Source: Pelomyxa schiedti
Taxonomy: Eukaryota > Protista > Evosea
NCBI GenBank assembly: GCA_020536535.1
Contig: JAHLWZ010000594.1
Span: forward strand, 1,533 to 65,532
Length of the DNA: 64,000 nucleotides
Reading direction: 5' to 3'
Positions 11,525 through 27,887 of this stretch are shown piece by piece. Under the pieces are notes generated by a model. That model saw only the letters and a program-made list of their open reading frames with translations. It ran no database searches and was not told the origin of the DNA. Positions within the stretch are counted from its first letter, which is position 1. Every line of letters starts with the position of its first letter. Position numbers and translations under genes: made by a program.

Positions 11525-11873
11525 CACAAATTACGTGCGTAACGGTGCGGATCTCCTTCTCTTTCTTTTGCGTGTTAATTGTTTGTGCCGACCACAACGC
11601 CACCCCTACCTACCGGTGCTACCACCTTTTGTTTTATGTTGTTTTATGTTTTCCTAATTTTTGTGATCTTAGCATAACGACACCATTCCCAGATCTCTTT
11701 TCTTTGATGGAATGGATTCCCCTGCATGACTCGGCGAATTATTCGTTGCACTCCGTATACTACAAAAAGAAAAAAGAAGCAACAGACATCTTACCTTACA
11801 CCATCCTCTTTTCTTCTTATTCCAAACCACATACACAGTCTGCAAGATCCCACTCCGCTAGTATAAAGCAGTA

Positions 11874-12533
11874 TCACGTAGTGTGGGATATCTCCTTCGC
11901 GAGGGCGGCTAGGGGCTCCCTGAGCGCCCGCGCCACCACCTCCATGTGCCCCACGTTGGCCGTCGCTGCATCGTGCCCCGTCAGGGTGACCACCATCGAC
12001 CCCCCAACTACAACTGACTGCACCACCACCCCGCTCCCGCTGGGTATCCCGCCCGCGCCGCGCTCATCGCCCCCACCACCGCCGCCGCCGCCGCTGGTGC
12101 TACTGCTATTGTGGGTCTCGGCCGCCGTGGACTGTGGGGCTGCGGCGGCGCCGGACGAGGACGTGCTGGTGGATGTGGATGATGGGACCGCGCCGCCGCG
12201 TGCGATGTTGATGGCGGCTGGGGAGCGAGGCGGCGAGAACACAGTGGACGCGCAGGCGCACTCGCCCAGCCCGACCTTGGAGAACTCCCGCGACACGACG
12301 GAGAACACCGCCGAGAGCTGCCCCACGCTCCCATCGAGGATGCTCGCGCCCATCTCCCCCCCTTGCTGCTGCTGGCGCCCGCCTCGCCCGACCGCGACGG
12401 TCACGCCGTCCGTGTCGCACAGCACCACGCTGTGAGCACCAACCACTCCGCTAGCCACAGCGTCCAGCACAGCCTGTACTCCCACAACCGCCTCGCCCCC
12501 ACCGTCCGCCGCTGCTTCCACTACGTGCGACAT
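11874..12533 (-). CDS. LAMTOR3: LAMTOR3/MP1-like roadblock protein (Ragulator subunit) with low-complexity insertions
   Basis: GAHSVVLCDTDGV, SKVGLG, VVQ, ANVGHM and LREPLAALAKEI correspond in order to LAMTOR3 blocks recalled as GLHAIVVSDRDGV, SKLGLS, VVQ, ANTGLI and LAPLFEEL. Confidence 0.7.
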   Translation of the reverse strand: MSHVVEAAADGGGEAVVGVQAVLDAVASGVVGAHSVVLCDTDGVTVAVGRGGRQQQQGGEMGASILDGSVGQLSAVFSVVSREFSKVGLGECACASTVFSPPRSPAAINIARGGAVPSSTSTSTSSSGAAAAPQSTAAETHNSSSTSGGGGGGGGDERGAGGIPSGSGVVVQSVVVGGSMVVTLTGHDAATANVGHMEVVARALREPLAALAKEISHTT

Positions 12534-12724
12534 TGGTTTCTGTTGTTGGCGTGGTTGAACAGATCAGAGGGAGGGAATCCCTGGAGCTGGCCTTACTTGC
12601 AAGTCCACGGCAATGCTTACGTGCACAACCTCCATCCAAGGAGCTGGAGGGGAATATTCCGATATTCCTGAGGAATCAGGTACATCAAAAAAGAATAGGG
12701 GAAAAATAAAAGATCTGGAGCAAC

Positions 12725-15700
12725 ATGGAGGGCGTCCACAAAGAACCTAGGGCGCAGGGCGACGATACGAAACAGGCCTGCGAACCCACAAGGAGCGCGA
12801 AAGACAACACAGAACACGTACCGACTACCGCGACGGCCACGGAACAAGGGGCAGTGGGGGGCGACGCGGGGGAGGGCGTGCCCAAGGGAAACCCCGATAG
12901 CGCGAACTCGCCTCCCCCGCTGGAGGACGGCGGCGGCGGCGGCGGCAACACCCCGCCCGAGGAGGACGAGGACCCCACCACCAACAGCGGGGACTCGACA
13001 GGGGGCGGGAGCAGCGACAGCGGGGCAGGCGAGGGGGCGGCCAAGGAGGGGGCCGCAGGGACCGGCGGGAAGGACGACGACGACGATGACGACGATGGCG
13101 CGGCGGGCGGGGAGGGGGAAGACGGAGAGGGGGACGTGGAGGGGGAGGGGGAGGAGAGCAGCGGGAGTAGTGGTAGTGGTAGTGGCAGTGGCAGCGGTGG
13201 GAGCGGCGGAGGGGACCGGGAGGGGGACAAGGACAAGGAGAAGGACGAGGACCGGGACCGGGTGAAGGTGTATAAGCTGGAGAACAAGGCGTGGGCGGAC
13301 AAGGGCACCGGGCTGGCTTCGTCTTGCGTAGACCCGGTGGGTTCCAGTCATTCACGCATTCATTCATTCACTCACCACTCACTCGTGCTGTGCTTGTGTC
13401 CTCACCTTCTCAATTTTTTTTTTTTTTAAGGAAACTGGTCAGTTGTCAATTGTGGTTCACGGTGAGCACGACCAGACCGTTATCTTGCATGTCACGGTTG
13501 ACCCTTATTGCACATATTCTTTTGAGCAAGGTTGAACTAATAGGGAAAAATTTTGCTTGGCAATGCTCACCCTTGATAAGGGACACTCATGGTTTGGACT
13601 GACACAAAAACCTTGGAAAGCCTATCGCTCAGTTTTTTGCGGCAATCTCGTTGCCACGAAATAAGGTATAAAATAAGCTGCTAGTACCTTCCTTCAAGAT
13701 AACCTAGTCTCTTAGGGAGGAAGTTATCGAATTTCAGTCCAGATATAATCCTAAGCGGGGAAAAACCGCATGCAGGGGAAAAAATCTCCGAGATGATCCA
13801 CATTCAGAAGACAGCTACATAGAAGATGATGAACAACATCAAGATGACCAAGAAGAGGATCAGGATGATGAAGAGGAGGAAGAGGAGGAAGTGTACCCTG
13901 CTTTTAAACCTCTTGCGCCCTCTCCTTCCATTACGATCCCTCCTCTCGAGCTCCCGACTCCGAGCCCTGAATCGTTACCAGAATTGAAAAAAGCAATTTT
14001 CATGGCAGCATATGACATGAAACAGAAATTCCGGCTCCTTCAAACTTTCTGCTCTCAGGTAAATAAATAGGGGAAGTGCCAAAACGCTCACACCAAATAG
14101 GACTTCCTGAACAAGCTTTATCAAGTTACAACAAAATGTGAAAAGGAAGGCATTACTAGTGGATTGCATGACATTTTTACCATTTTCAAGTGTGTAGGTG
14201 TGTAGGTACTATTCTGCCTATCACCTTTTTTTGCTCACTAGGCACCCAGTTCTTCTCAATGACGAACGTACACTGCGTACTCTATTTTCTGAAGGCAATT
14301 TCAACAACACAATTGCAGCTCTTGAATGTAATGTTCTTCCATTCAGTTACTTTGGTAATCACTGTGGAAAGGTGACCCTGATCTCCCTGCAATGTACCAT
14401 GTTCGACACCGCGAGCACTTGGCCAAAAATGTCCTCTTTAAGCAGATTGTTCCATTTGAAGATGAGACTCTTTTACCTCTTATTCATCATACCTACAAGC
14501 TATTATACACGAGAGATGTTGTTCTAGCAAGGTGGTGTGTGAATAACCTTGCCATTGTTTTTTTTTGAACTTTCGTACCAATCAGCTTCCAGGGTCATTG
14601 ATGATGGAACATATGCTTCTCTCTCGGCAATGATTCTTTTGAATCAAAATAAAATAGTGGCTTCCCTCACTAAATCTACAGCACTTCAGTCCCAATTGTA
14701 TGCTAGCAGTTGCGTCTTGGCCACTAAGTTTATTTACAGGATTACGAAGTTACAACATTCCCAGGCATCCAGTCCAGAGAGACATGATGTTCTTGCATTT
14801 TTCCAGGAGTTATACAATCTCTCCAAGCAGTCACCTGTGCCTGTTCAAGATAAGCCTCTGCTTATTAGGCACTTTCCCTATCATAAAAACTTCTTCTGAG
14901 TATTTTTTTTTTTTTCCCTAGTTTGTTTTTTCAACAGGGCTTGCTTGATGCTTTAACAACAACTCTATCTGACCCGGATGTTTCCATAAGATTGTCAACG
15001 TTGTTACCCTTAATTATCATCCCCGCTTAATTTCAACAGGGTTGACCTGATTGGTGCAACTCTTCTATATGATATAAGCGCAATTAGAGATGCCATTCAA
15101 AATCAATCGGGAAACGGTGATAATTTTTTAAACCAACTAGTAGTAAGGTATGAAAAACTTTCTCTCCTTCCATCATTGACAAATGTCAGGCTACTCACAG
15201 ACTCGGATTCAGGCCTGATCACAACAGTTACAGATATTATCAAAACAATTTTTGACCCAGACACGATGGCTACAATGGCATTTGTATCTGTGGGTAATTT
15301 ATCTGCCTTTTTTAGATCAACGACTAGCAGGGGGACAAAGATGCTTTATTGGATATATTGTACCGTAGGTTTTTTGCAATGATATGTTCACCACTTTTTT
15401 CAACGACCTCCCATTCCCTAAACCCAAGTAATTTCCCCCGTTGACCTTGCAGATCAACTAATTTAATTTTAGTTCCTCTAAACCCCGAAAACCGAGACGC
15501 CATTCTTAACAGTGTTGTGGAACTTGTATGTTTCTGCATTTCCAGGCATCTAGCTATGGCTAGGCCATATGTTCTTAATGCTAAAGTTCCCAAACAAATT
15601 ACCCCTCTGATTAACACTGGTCAAAAGCATTTGGTCCTAGGTACTTTTTTTTATGTTATTTCTTCGATTGACACTTAAACATCAGCTGGGATTAGATTAT

Positions 15701-17253
15701 TCCGTGCATGCCTTGGGACTAAAGACCCCGTTTACATAAAATATTTGATCAAACACAACCTCTATGATCCTCTGCACCAAGTACTGATACAAAATGTTTC
15801 CAAAGACAACCTCATCAATTCTGCTGTTGTTGAAGTTCTGAGTTATTGTATCCCACCACCTCCTCCCAACCTCCCACCCCATCTACTGATAACTACTCCT
15901 CCCCCGGATAACAAGGTAACAACAACCCAATAGAGATCACAACCAACCTCAACACAGGAAAATCTGGAACCAATGGTCGAGTATATTGCCACTAAGTACT
16001 GCACTGAATATCGGAGCCTCACATACGTTGAAACCTTTGCCAAGCTGCTGAAGAGACAAGAAGAGATTGTGGAGGAACGAGAGGCAAAGGCACGAGCAGA
16101 GGCGGAAGCTCGAGCACAGTAAGTAAATTAATGGCGCTTTAAATGATTCATGGAAAACAGGGCAGCAAAAACCCAGAATGACGAGAAGAAAGAGAAAGAG
16201 GAGAAAGATGCTGAGGAAGAAACCTACTTTAATGAGGATGACGAAAAGGAATCATCACCTACTCCGATTCCCCCGCTCTTGTCCCCAGCAAACGCTCTAA
16301 GTAAGTTGGGCAGTGACTACGGCGACTTGGAAGACAAAGATAAAGAAGGCACTAGCAGTGGGGGCACTCACACCACCGCAACAACATGCACGCAACCAAC
16401 ATCCCAGGTAAGTCCCACCTAATTTTCCTTTCGAGGCAACTTACCATACATATAGTCACAGTCAACAACTAATGAGCCCGAGAGGTCACTAGATTGGGTA
16501 ATAGAACAGACCAAGACACACCACAAACAAAAGCAACTAGAACAGGAACAGCTACAACTGGCAGGCACAAAGCGGCCCAGGATAGCGTTCCCCGCAAAGA
16601 TAGAAATCAAACTTGGCACAACTAGAACTCAACAACCGGCCACATCCGAATCAACCACCAAAGAACCGGAATCATCCACAACAACAATAACATCAACAGC
16701 CGCAAAAACAGCAACAACAGACACCGCATCTGCAGCATCGTCAACAACAACAACACAGAGTCAACAGTGTGAGCCAAGGACACCCCCACCAAAGCAGCTA
16801 CAACAAAAGCCATTCCGCAAAGCAACACCAATACCAATGAAAACACTGCCGTATCCCCGCATCATCAACACCACCACTAACACAGCTCATATCCAAAAAC
16901 AACTACAAAAAAAACAGCACCCCACAGATGAAATGATAGTGGAAGAAGAAGAGGACGAGAATGAGGAGGAACATGAAGAACTGGTGGTACATTCAAACAC
17001 AACAACAAACACAACAACCGCAGCAACAAGCACAACAACAACGAAATCATCAGCATCAGCAACAACAGTAGCAGAAGGAAAGGGTAAGAAGAAAAAGAAG
17101 TCAAAGAAGCACAACAAATCCAAGAATAAGAAGCCATCATCACCTTCAAAAGCAAAAGAAACAAGCACAACTGACACAACACCAAACAAGCAGGAGGGGG
17201 GTGATGATACCGCTACAGCCGAGGACCCACAGTCCAAAAGGCGGCGGTCATGA
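12725..17253 (+). CDS. PPP4R3: Protein phosphatase 4 regulatory subunit 3 (SMEK/Psy2), multi-exon
   Basis: EVH1-like start RVKVYKL...WADKGTG. SMK-1 region HREHL...FKQIVPF...IHHTYKLLYTRDVVL..VIDDGTYASL. Late EEETYFNEDD motif and a basic low-complexity tail. Confidence 0.85.
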
Positions 17254-17418
17254 AAGGAGTTTTGTGTTCAGTTGAGCCAATAAATATAAACTGCCAGGTC
17301 AAATGCACAAATAGATAGGTTTTTTGTTGTTTTCAATATTTTTTTTGGTAATTTTCTTATTTCTTTTGTACTGTTAGTTACAACAAAAAGGGAAATAGTG
17401 ACAGGGATAAATAACCTT

Positions 17419-20400
17419 TTACATAAGGGAGCACCGGCACAATTGAGCACCGCCAGTGTGTACCGCATCATCATCCTGGTCGTCGTCGTCATAGTCATCA
17501 TCGTCGTCATCATCACCAACGAGCTTCTTCTTGCTCTCGTCAATCTTCTCGCTGATAGCTGATGTGAGGTTCCCACCGCCTTCCATGATGCTCTCCCCAA
17601 GGGTGTTCATTGGCCCAAGGTCAATCCCTTTGAAGTCGGGGCTGGAGAAGAAGCCCTTTTTGGGCTTGGCGGTTTGCGGCGGTGCTTTGAGGACAATGGA
17701 GGGTGTCATGATGGTTATTTCGGCTCCAGAAAGAAGTGGCTTCTCACTTGTGGTGCTGTCAAGCATTTTATCAAGGGAGGACAGACTGACTGCACCAAGG
17801 GGAACAGGCGTAGCTGTGCTTGTTGAGCTTACTGCCACTGGAGTGGATGTGGGTGTGGATGTTGGTGTAGAGGCGGATGTGGATGTGGATGTGGATGTGG
17901 ATGTGGATGTGGATGTGGATGTGGATGTGGATGTGGATGTGGATGTGGATGTGGATGTGGATGTGGATGTGGATGTGGGAGCTGACGTGGGTGCGGGTGT
18001 GGAAGTTGAGGGAGAGGTGGGTGTTGATGTGGGTGTGGGTGTGGAAGGTGTGGAAGTTGATGTTGATGTCGATTCCGAAGAAGACGTAGTGGGTGGGGAG
18101 ACTGCTGCAGTAGACGGCGGAGATGTCTCCGGGGTTGTGGGGGAAGTAGGTGTAGTTGTCGGGGTGGAGGTTACGGTTGAGTTGGCGGGAGTTCCAGCTG
18201 GAGCACTCACCTCTGGTGTGGGTGCTGGCGTTTCCATCAGTGTGATGGGACCAAGGCCAAGCTTATTAAAGTATCGGCCTTCGGGTGAGGGATCGTCAGG
18301 GGCGGTGTTGATTACTGGACGAGTAGCTGAAACTGATGTAATATGGCCAGGGGTGTATTTTATAGTTTCCGCCTATTGTAGTTGTGTTTGTGGAAAGCAA
18401 TTGACAAAACAGTTACTTCTTCTTCATGCTTTGTTTTGTCTGGCTTTATGATTGGTGCATCATCTTCGAGGAACTTTTCAAGTCACTCACAAATGTAAAA
18501 ATGTATTTCTTACCTCGTATTCAGGGACGTTTTCTGGATCCACGGTTCTCATTACTTTCTCAAATGCATCGTGCCAAGCATCAAAATGCGCTTTGTTAGC
18601 AGCTGCAAATATGAAGCACCGATAAGCGGTCCTGTGCAGGTTCAGTCAGTTGACCTGCTTTAGATCTACTTCCAGTACTTTATTTGAAAGGCAAAGTCGC
18701 GTTTGATTGATGGTCCAGCAAGTTCCCACACACACGTAGAAAGGTCATAACAACCAAGAGGCTGGATGCCAGTAAGTTTGGAAGGATTCTCCTGCTGGGC
18801 ACGAGGGAGCTAGGTCGTGTTAGAGAAAAAGGAAAATGTACTACCCCCCTCCCCCCCGCCCCCTCCCCTCTACCACCCACACAACCCCCCAAACAAAGGA
18901 GTACTGTTGAGAGATCTGTATAGTACAAAGTCTGCCCGAAGAGCACAAAATATCTGATTTGCCAGATTGTATTGACTGGACCCATCTTCAGAAGATAACC
19001 GGCATGATCCGGAGGAGAGGGAAATTGAAGAAATGCCAATGGTTTTTCTCTCTAAACAAGATCAGACGTAGAATATTTTCCTATTCCTACATGGATGTGA
19101 ATTTTGTCAAGTTTTCCACCGAGGGAAGCAGCAGCATTTGCGATACGCGGGTGCTTTGTCTGCACAAGGTTTAAGGAAGTGGAATAGGGAAAGTATTGAA
19201 AAGCACTTCTTTATCCTCCTGCTTGTAGTAGTGATTCTCTGCAAAGTCACTGCTTACGGATAATGGTGCATGAATAGTTTTGTCAATTAAATTGCACCAC
19301 TCATTGGTATCTTGTTCATTTTCCCCCTTGAGATCCACAAAGCTTCAGGTGTGAGGATTAATTTGATTAGGAAGGCCAAATACCCAAAAGGTGTTTCCAG
19401 AGAGAACTCTGTTTTTGACTTCCTCTGCATGGAGCAGCAATCCGTGGACAACATAACGATACCTGGTTAGTTTAGTTATGAACGAGCCGAGAGAGAAGAC
19501 AACGAACGCACCAGTAGCTGTGCCATCAGCCGCCGACACACGAAATAAAATGTGTTCTTTGAGGCGGAAATCCTGGTGATATATTTAACACAAAACTTGG
19601 GGCAGCCACAACTTACTTTCTTCCTGTACAAAATTCCAGCCTTCCCCTTCCTGGCAATAGTGCCAACCTTTAAGTTATCCACCTATATTCATTTCAGTTT
19701 GCAATCTATAAAATAATTAATTGTTTTCTGGAATACATTTATCCATTGGTGTTGTTTCTTTGAGGCTTCTTTTATGTCAGATTTTGCCTCTTCAAATTTT
19801 TGCATTTTTAACTCGACATAAGCACTATTTCAATTAGTACCGTTGCCACAGGAAAGGATGCATACCGATTTATGTAGTATGCACTATTTTGGGGGTTAAG
19901 TTTAATGGCATTGCTGAAGGCAGCGAGAGCTTCTTCGAACTTTTTAGCAGTGAATGCCGCTCTCCCTTCCTCAAGTGAGTCACGAATCTGAATGTTGCAT
20001 TAATAACATACATCAGAGGATGCTGTAATGTCACCGTATTCTTTGTGATCTTGGTAGTCAATTTTTTCATGCCTTCCTCGAGACGAGTATCCTCAGGGGC
20101 ATATTGTATACCACTAAGAAAGGCATCTCGTGCATGTTCTAGATCACCTTGCTGGAAAAGTACCATTCCTTTCCAGTAATATACCTTAATAAATGATAAC
20201 TTAGTGTATTTCCATAATATGTGGCTCCACCTCGCCGGAATTGCGATTAACATCTCCACTTTCAGCTGCCAGCTCCAAGGCTTTTTCTATATCATTCAGC
20301 GCCTCCTCCCATTCATATATCAACATGTTAGCCTCTGCTCGTGCACTACAGTGGTTTTTTAACATACATGAAGTGGAAAAGAGACTTACATGTAAAGTCG

Positions 20401-21300
20401 GAATTCATTGGGGAATAATCTCAAAGCAGAGGAGGCAAGTCGGCTTGCAACAGTGCCACTCTTGGATTTTAATGCAGTGAAGATTTTGTAAACAGGCTCG
20501 GCACCCTAGGTTATGTTACTTCCCATTTTGGAAACAAAAACATACTGGGCCGAACTTGAACAAAACTTTTAAATGCACTTCACCTGAAACTTCACTTTCT
20601 TTTGCATTTCTCTTTGAGAGTTTTAGTGAAAGTTCATGAGGTTTCATGTCAAAAAGGCTGTCCCTTATTGGTTGAATTGTAGTCTTCGAGAAGGTTAAAA
20701 AAAAAAAAAAAGGGCATTTTCTGGTTACATGTCCCAGTGGTTGTGCTGCCATAACTTTGTTGTCATCCCAAAGGTCCACATCAACGACGGAAATAGGAGT
20801 GTAGAAATTGCTACATTTTGTTAGGGAGAGCAGAGTGGAAAACCGAGACATACAAAGTGAAAGGTTTTTGCTGTCAGGTAGAAAAAACAATTAAAAGAGG
20901 TTAGAGCCACGAAAGAATCATTAAAGGAACTTACACAATCAGCATCCTTTTCATTTTGTTTTGTGTTGTATTTTAGAGGGAGCCAACAAAAAAAAAAGGA
21001 AAATGTACCCAGATAGGGTTCAGGTTTTTTGGGACTGGCTCAGTCTTGAACTGTTGAGTCTTGTCCGCGTCCAAGGACAACGTGCAAAAAGGGTCAGATG
21101 TACCTGCTACTTTATCTCTCACAGCCAAGTTGGTGGCCTTGATCACTAAACCCACGAACAAACAAACAAGCAAAGTAAGAAACCAACCAACAAGAGCGTT
21201 TCCTTCGAGAAGTAAAGAGCAGACAGATCTCACCATAAACCAGTAGTTTAGCCAGCACAGGCTGTGTCGCTTCTCCGCGTGCGTTACCTTCGTCCCCCAT
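17419..21300 (-). CDS. C2 + TPR + two PH domain protein with a Ser/Thr/Pro-rich tail, multi-exon
   Basis: C2 (KATNLAVRD..GTSDPFC...KNLNPIW; VDLWDDN), TPR-like helices (YYWKGMVLFQQGDLEHARDAFLSGIQYAP), PH starts (KGKAGILYRKK; HAGYLLKMG...WQIRYFVL) and a (ST)n tail. Confidence 0.7.
17875..17976. repeat. Coding hexanucleotide microsatellite (GGATGT)x17 encoding (Thr-Ser)n on the minus strand
   Basis: Perfect tandem repeat read directly from the sequence. Confidence 0.95.
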
Positions 21301-22037
21301 CCTTGTTGTTGTCAAACCCTTTGTGTTTGTTCGGGTGTGTTTTTCTTCACAGAAAGTGGCAAAAAACCAATCTGTTGTGATCGATGTGGGGTACTCTCAA
21401 GTCCCACCTGTGGGCATCCCCCCCACACTCTCCAAGAAATCAATCCTCGTCTCTGACGAACACTCCTCAGAATTTTCATTGATCCTCGTATCTGTTAAAA
21501 TTCTACACATCAATCGCCCGGAACGTACGCAAACCCCCAAAAAAACAACAAGCAAAACATAAACAAAGAAAAACACAGCGAGTGCGTGTGTGTGTTAGAC
21601 AGTGACTGTTGGTCGTGACGGTGAGATCTTGACGTGTGCTACGGCAACAGCGACATTGTGTTGACGTCAACACAACAACCACACACACAAACAGCAGTGA
21701 GAGGCGGGGGGAGCGAGGGAAGGAGGGAGTATCGTGGGGCGTGGGTGAGCGCACACGTGTCTGGTCTTGTTGTTGTCGTGGTGGTGGTATTTGTGGTTGT
21801 TGTTGTGGGGTCTCCTTGGTGTCTTGGTTGACGCCGTAAATCTCACAACACGGTAGGCTTGCGCTTTTTTTTTTTTTTTTTTTTTAATTTTTTGAAGTTT
21901 TTTTTCCCTATGTGGTTGTTTCGCTCCTTCCCCCACCCCCTTGTAATAGTAGCACTACTTTGAGTGTCACTTTAATAAATCTACCCGTATGTATACGCAA
22001 CAGTGCCGTTTTATTGCCACTGTTGAAACTGTGCGCA

Positions 22038-24973
<2,936 letters not shown>

Positions 24974-25887
24974 CCACCAACAACAAAAACACACCCCAAC
25001 GACTTGTGTGATTTCCCAAATCAACCAATCCTCTCTCCTTACACTATCTCAGCAATTTCCCAAAATACCTTACAACCACGCTTTTTCTTTTGTGGTTTTA
25101 CCTTAAAGGACGTATCCATGCCGATCGCGGACCGTCACAATCACAACATCAGTGTCCAAAAATACAAACCCCCAGAAAAACCTCACACAAAGGGGCAGTA
25201 TTCCTTTTTCGTTCGGAAGAAATATTTCGTTTTGCCCAATGCTGGATTCTTTAGGCAAATTGAAGCGGAGCCATAATCACTAATAAATTGTGCGTGTTTC
25301 ATCGAGGTTGTCACTTGGGTGCCATTCCTTTGGCTGGAAAATTGTGTACTCCCAGACAACTTTTTAAGGTTCACTTGCTTGTCAAAATCCATAAAAACAA
25401 AGGCCACAAGGAGCCTAACTGTTGCCCAGGGAACAGCCATACCCGCCACAAAGTCGCTGACCACACAGAGGGCTATTTTTTCCTTCACTTTCGAGGTCAG
25501 AATCCTGCTTCCCGCTTTTTTTTTTTCTTGGCTCGGTAGAAACACAACACCGAGTTGTTGTTGTCATTGACCCTAACAACAAACAATACAGCAGTGATAG
25601 TGATAGTGAGTGAGTGAGTGAGGGCATACGCCGCTGCCGTTATTTACTATTTATCGCTCAGGCTGGGTTTACTTGTGACTGTTTCAACTTGATAAGCGCA
25701 TCGACATCGCCGCATTCCAGCGCTGTTGTGCACATTTGGACCCACGTGCTATTGCGAATAACATACACTCGGTGATTGATTGATTCATTTGCTGACTGTC
25801 AATTGTGTGCTTATTGTTTACTGGCAAATTTGGTTTACGTTATTGGCTGGAGGCATATTGGGAAGAATCATCCGGGACGTGTGAGAA

Positions 25888-27547
25888 ATGAATGGCCTCA
25901 AGAGTATGAAGTGCTGGCACACTGGCGACGAGAATATCGAGTGCCACTTGTGCGGTAGCGTTGTGTCACAGACTTACTACCAAGGAGGACTTGTACTCAA
26001 GAGGGAAGCTGGAGGAATACAGGCCCCGAGGAGGCCACACCACAGCCGTGAGGAGGAAACAAAGAGAAAGCAGTATTCAGTACAGCGCCCTTCGTTGAAA
26101 AGGAATCCTCTCAGGGAGCTGCCTGGAAATGCAAGGTATACTATTGACTGCGCCGTGGAGCAAAAGGGAGTCACTACAAAGGAAGCGCCTATCTCTGAAG
26201 ACAGCAGTACTCCAGAAAATCCCGCCACACTTGTTTTCCACCAAGAATCCTCCGAGTCTGACTGCATGACTCCGCTTTTATCCCAATCATCACGCCCGAG
26301 TATGGGAGAGACTGAGGACAATCCGATACTTATTGAAAGCGAGTCTCTCTCCCCCCCTTCCGATTCTGAGGAGCTTTCCCCACATGAGTCAATTAAAGAA
26401 ACTGGTTCTAAGTCCTCAGAGAGAGCATCCCAAATTATCCCACTTGGCTCCGTGGAGCACTCTCGTATCGAGTTTGAAGTAGAGTTGTTCAAAACTATGT
26501 GCATCGGAGAAAAGGAGGTCAGTTTTTGTTAACTTCTTTCTCTTACTTACCTTTACTCAGTCTCGTAATTACCGCTCCCGGAACTTCAACTTTCCACCGG
26601 GTAGTACCGTAAACTCCGGGATGAGATTTATACTCATAGACTGGTTAATAGAAGTAGTTGAAGTAAGTACTCATAATGGTCTTCTTATGCTTATGGTGAA
26701 ATGAAGGAATACAGACTTTCCGAAGAAACTCTCTTTCACAGTGTGAATTATGTCGACCGGTATCTTGAACGGAATCCAAACACACCCCGAGCAAAGCTAC
26801 AGCTTGTTGGAATGGCTGCCATTTTCATTGCTTCGTATGAATACCCGATTTTCATGTTTACCAGTAATCTCTACTGCAGGAAATACCAAGACATTACCCC
26901 TCCAAGCTCTAAGCAGCTCGCCGACATTTCCGCCAATACATACACAAAGAGTGAAGTAATTGAAATGGAACAGGAACTGCTGAGAGCTCTTTGCTTCAGA
27001 CTTGCACCAGTCACCTCTTCCGCGTTCTTGTCCTTCTTCCTCCAACAATTTCCAATCAGAGATCAGCTCCACTATTTGCCCAAGGTTTCTACTTTACCAC
27101 GCTGACACGTTATACTAATTTCCCCTCAGTATCTTCTTGAAATGACACTGCTGGACGACAGGATGGGGCAATATCCTCCATCACTTGTTGCTTCCTCTGC
27201 ACTTGCTCTTTCAAACCATACTCTTGGGATAACAAACTGCTGGGTATGTCGTCCCCCAAAACAAATCCCACCTATCTTATTTATTTCCATTTGCAGCCGC
27301 AGCTCCTTGGTAGTATCACTGGATACAACATCGCGGAATTGATGCCATGCATGAATGACATCACAGTGTTCTGGCGGAACCTGATTGTTCCCACACAGAT
27401 GCACAGAGCTCTCATTGAGAAGTATTCCAACCCAAAGGTGTGTTTATCTTTCCGCTACATTCCACATTGACTTACACACCACAGATGTGCCGGGTTGGTT
27501 GCATTGCGCCCCCAAAGGGTTTCACTTCCCCTTGTTTCAACGAGTGA
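25888..27547 (+). CDS. Mitotic cyclin (A/B type), multi-exon
   Basis: Cyclin box MRFILIDWLIEV..EYRLSEETLFHSVNYVDRYL...KLQLVGMAAIFIASKY, D-box-like RNPLRELPGN, second cyclin fold YPPSLVASSAL. Confidence 0.88.
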
Positions 27548-27887
27548 CAAATACTCTGGGTGCGAAGTACTAGCTATTAATATGCCGGCACTCTTCCCCC
27601 AAAGGACAGGGTGTTGGTAACAAACCCCACCATCATAATACTTTTAGAAAACAAACAAAACAAAAAGAAAAAAGCTGTGGAGAAATGCCACAACAATTTA
27701 ATTTATATCTTGGAATTTATCTTTTAGACCTGGGTTGGGTAGTGAAAACCATGTGCTTCCAGGCGGGCAAACGTCAAGTGGATCCGACCTCAAGGAAATG
27801 CAAAACACACGTTTGGATCTGGCTCGGCTTTCTATTGTCCCATCAACCTCGGAAAGATTCACACGTAAAAGCATACAGAGGCAGGCA

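Noticed and set aside
11494-12435. 313-aa plus-strand ORF opposite LAMTOR3
   Set aside because: Begins in non-coding-looking AT-rich sequence and continues as a GC-rich antisense shadow with no motifs.
17531-18451. ORFs with (DV)n and (MW)n repeats
   Set aside because: Alternative readings of the GGATGT microsatellite. The (TS)n minus-strand frame is the one linked to upstream exons.
25000-25880. Short ORFs or a possible small gene or ncRNA between SRPK and the cyclin
   Set aside because: No recognisable motif and no convincing spliced model could be built by eye.
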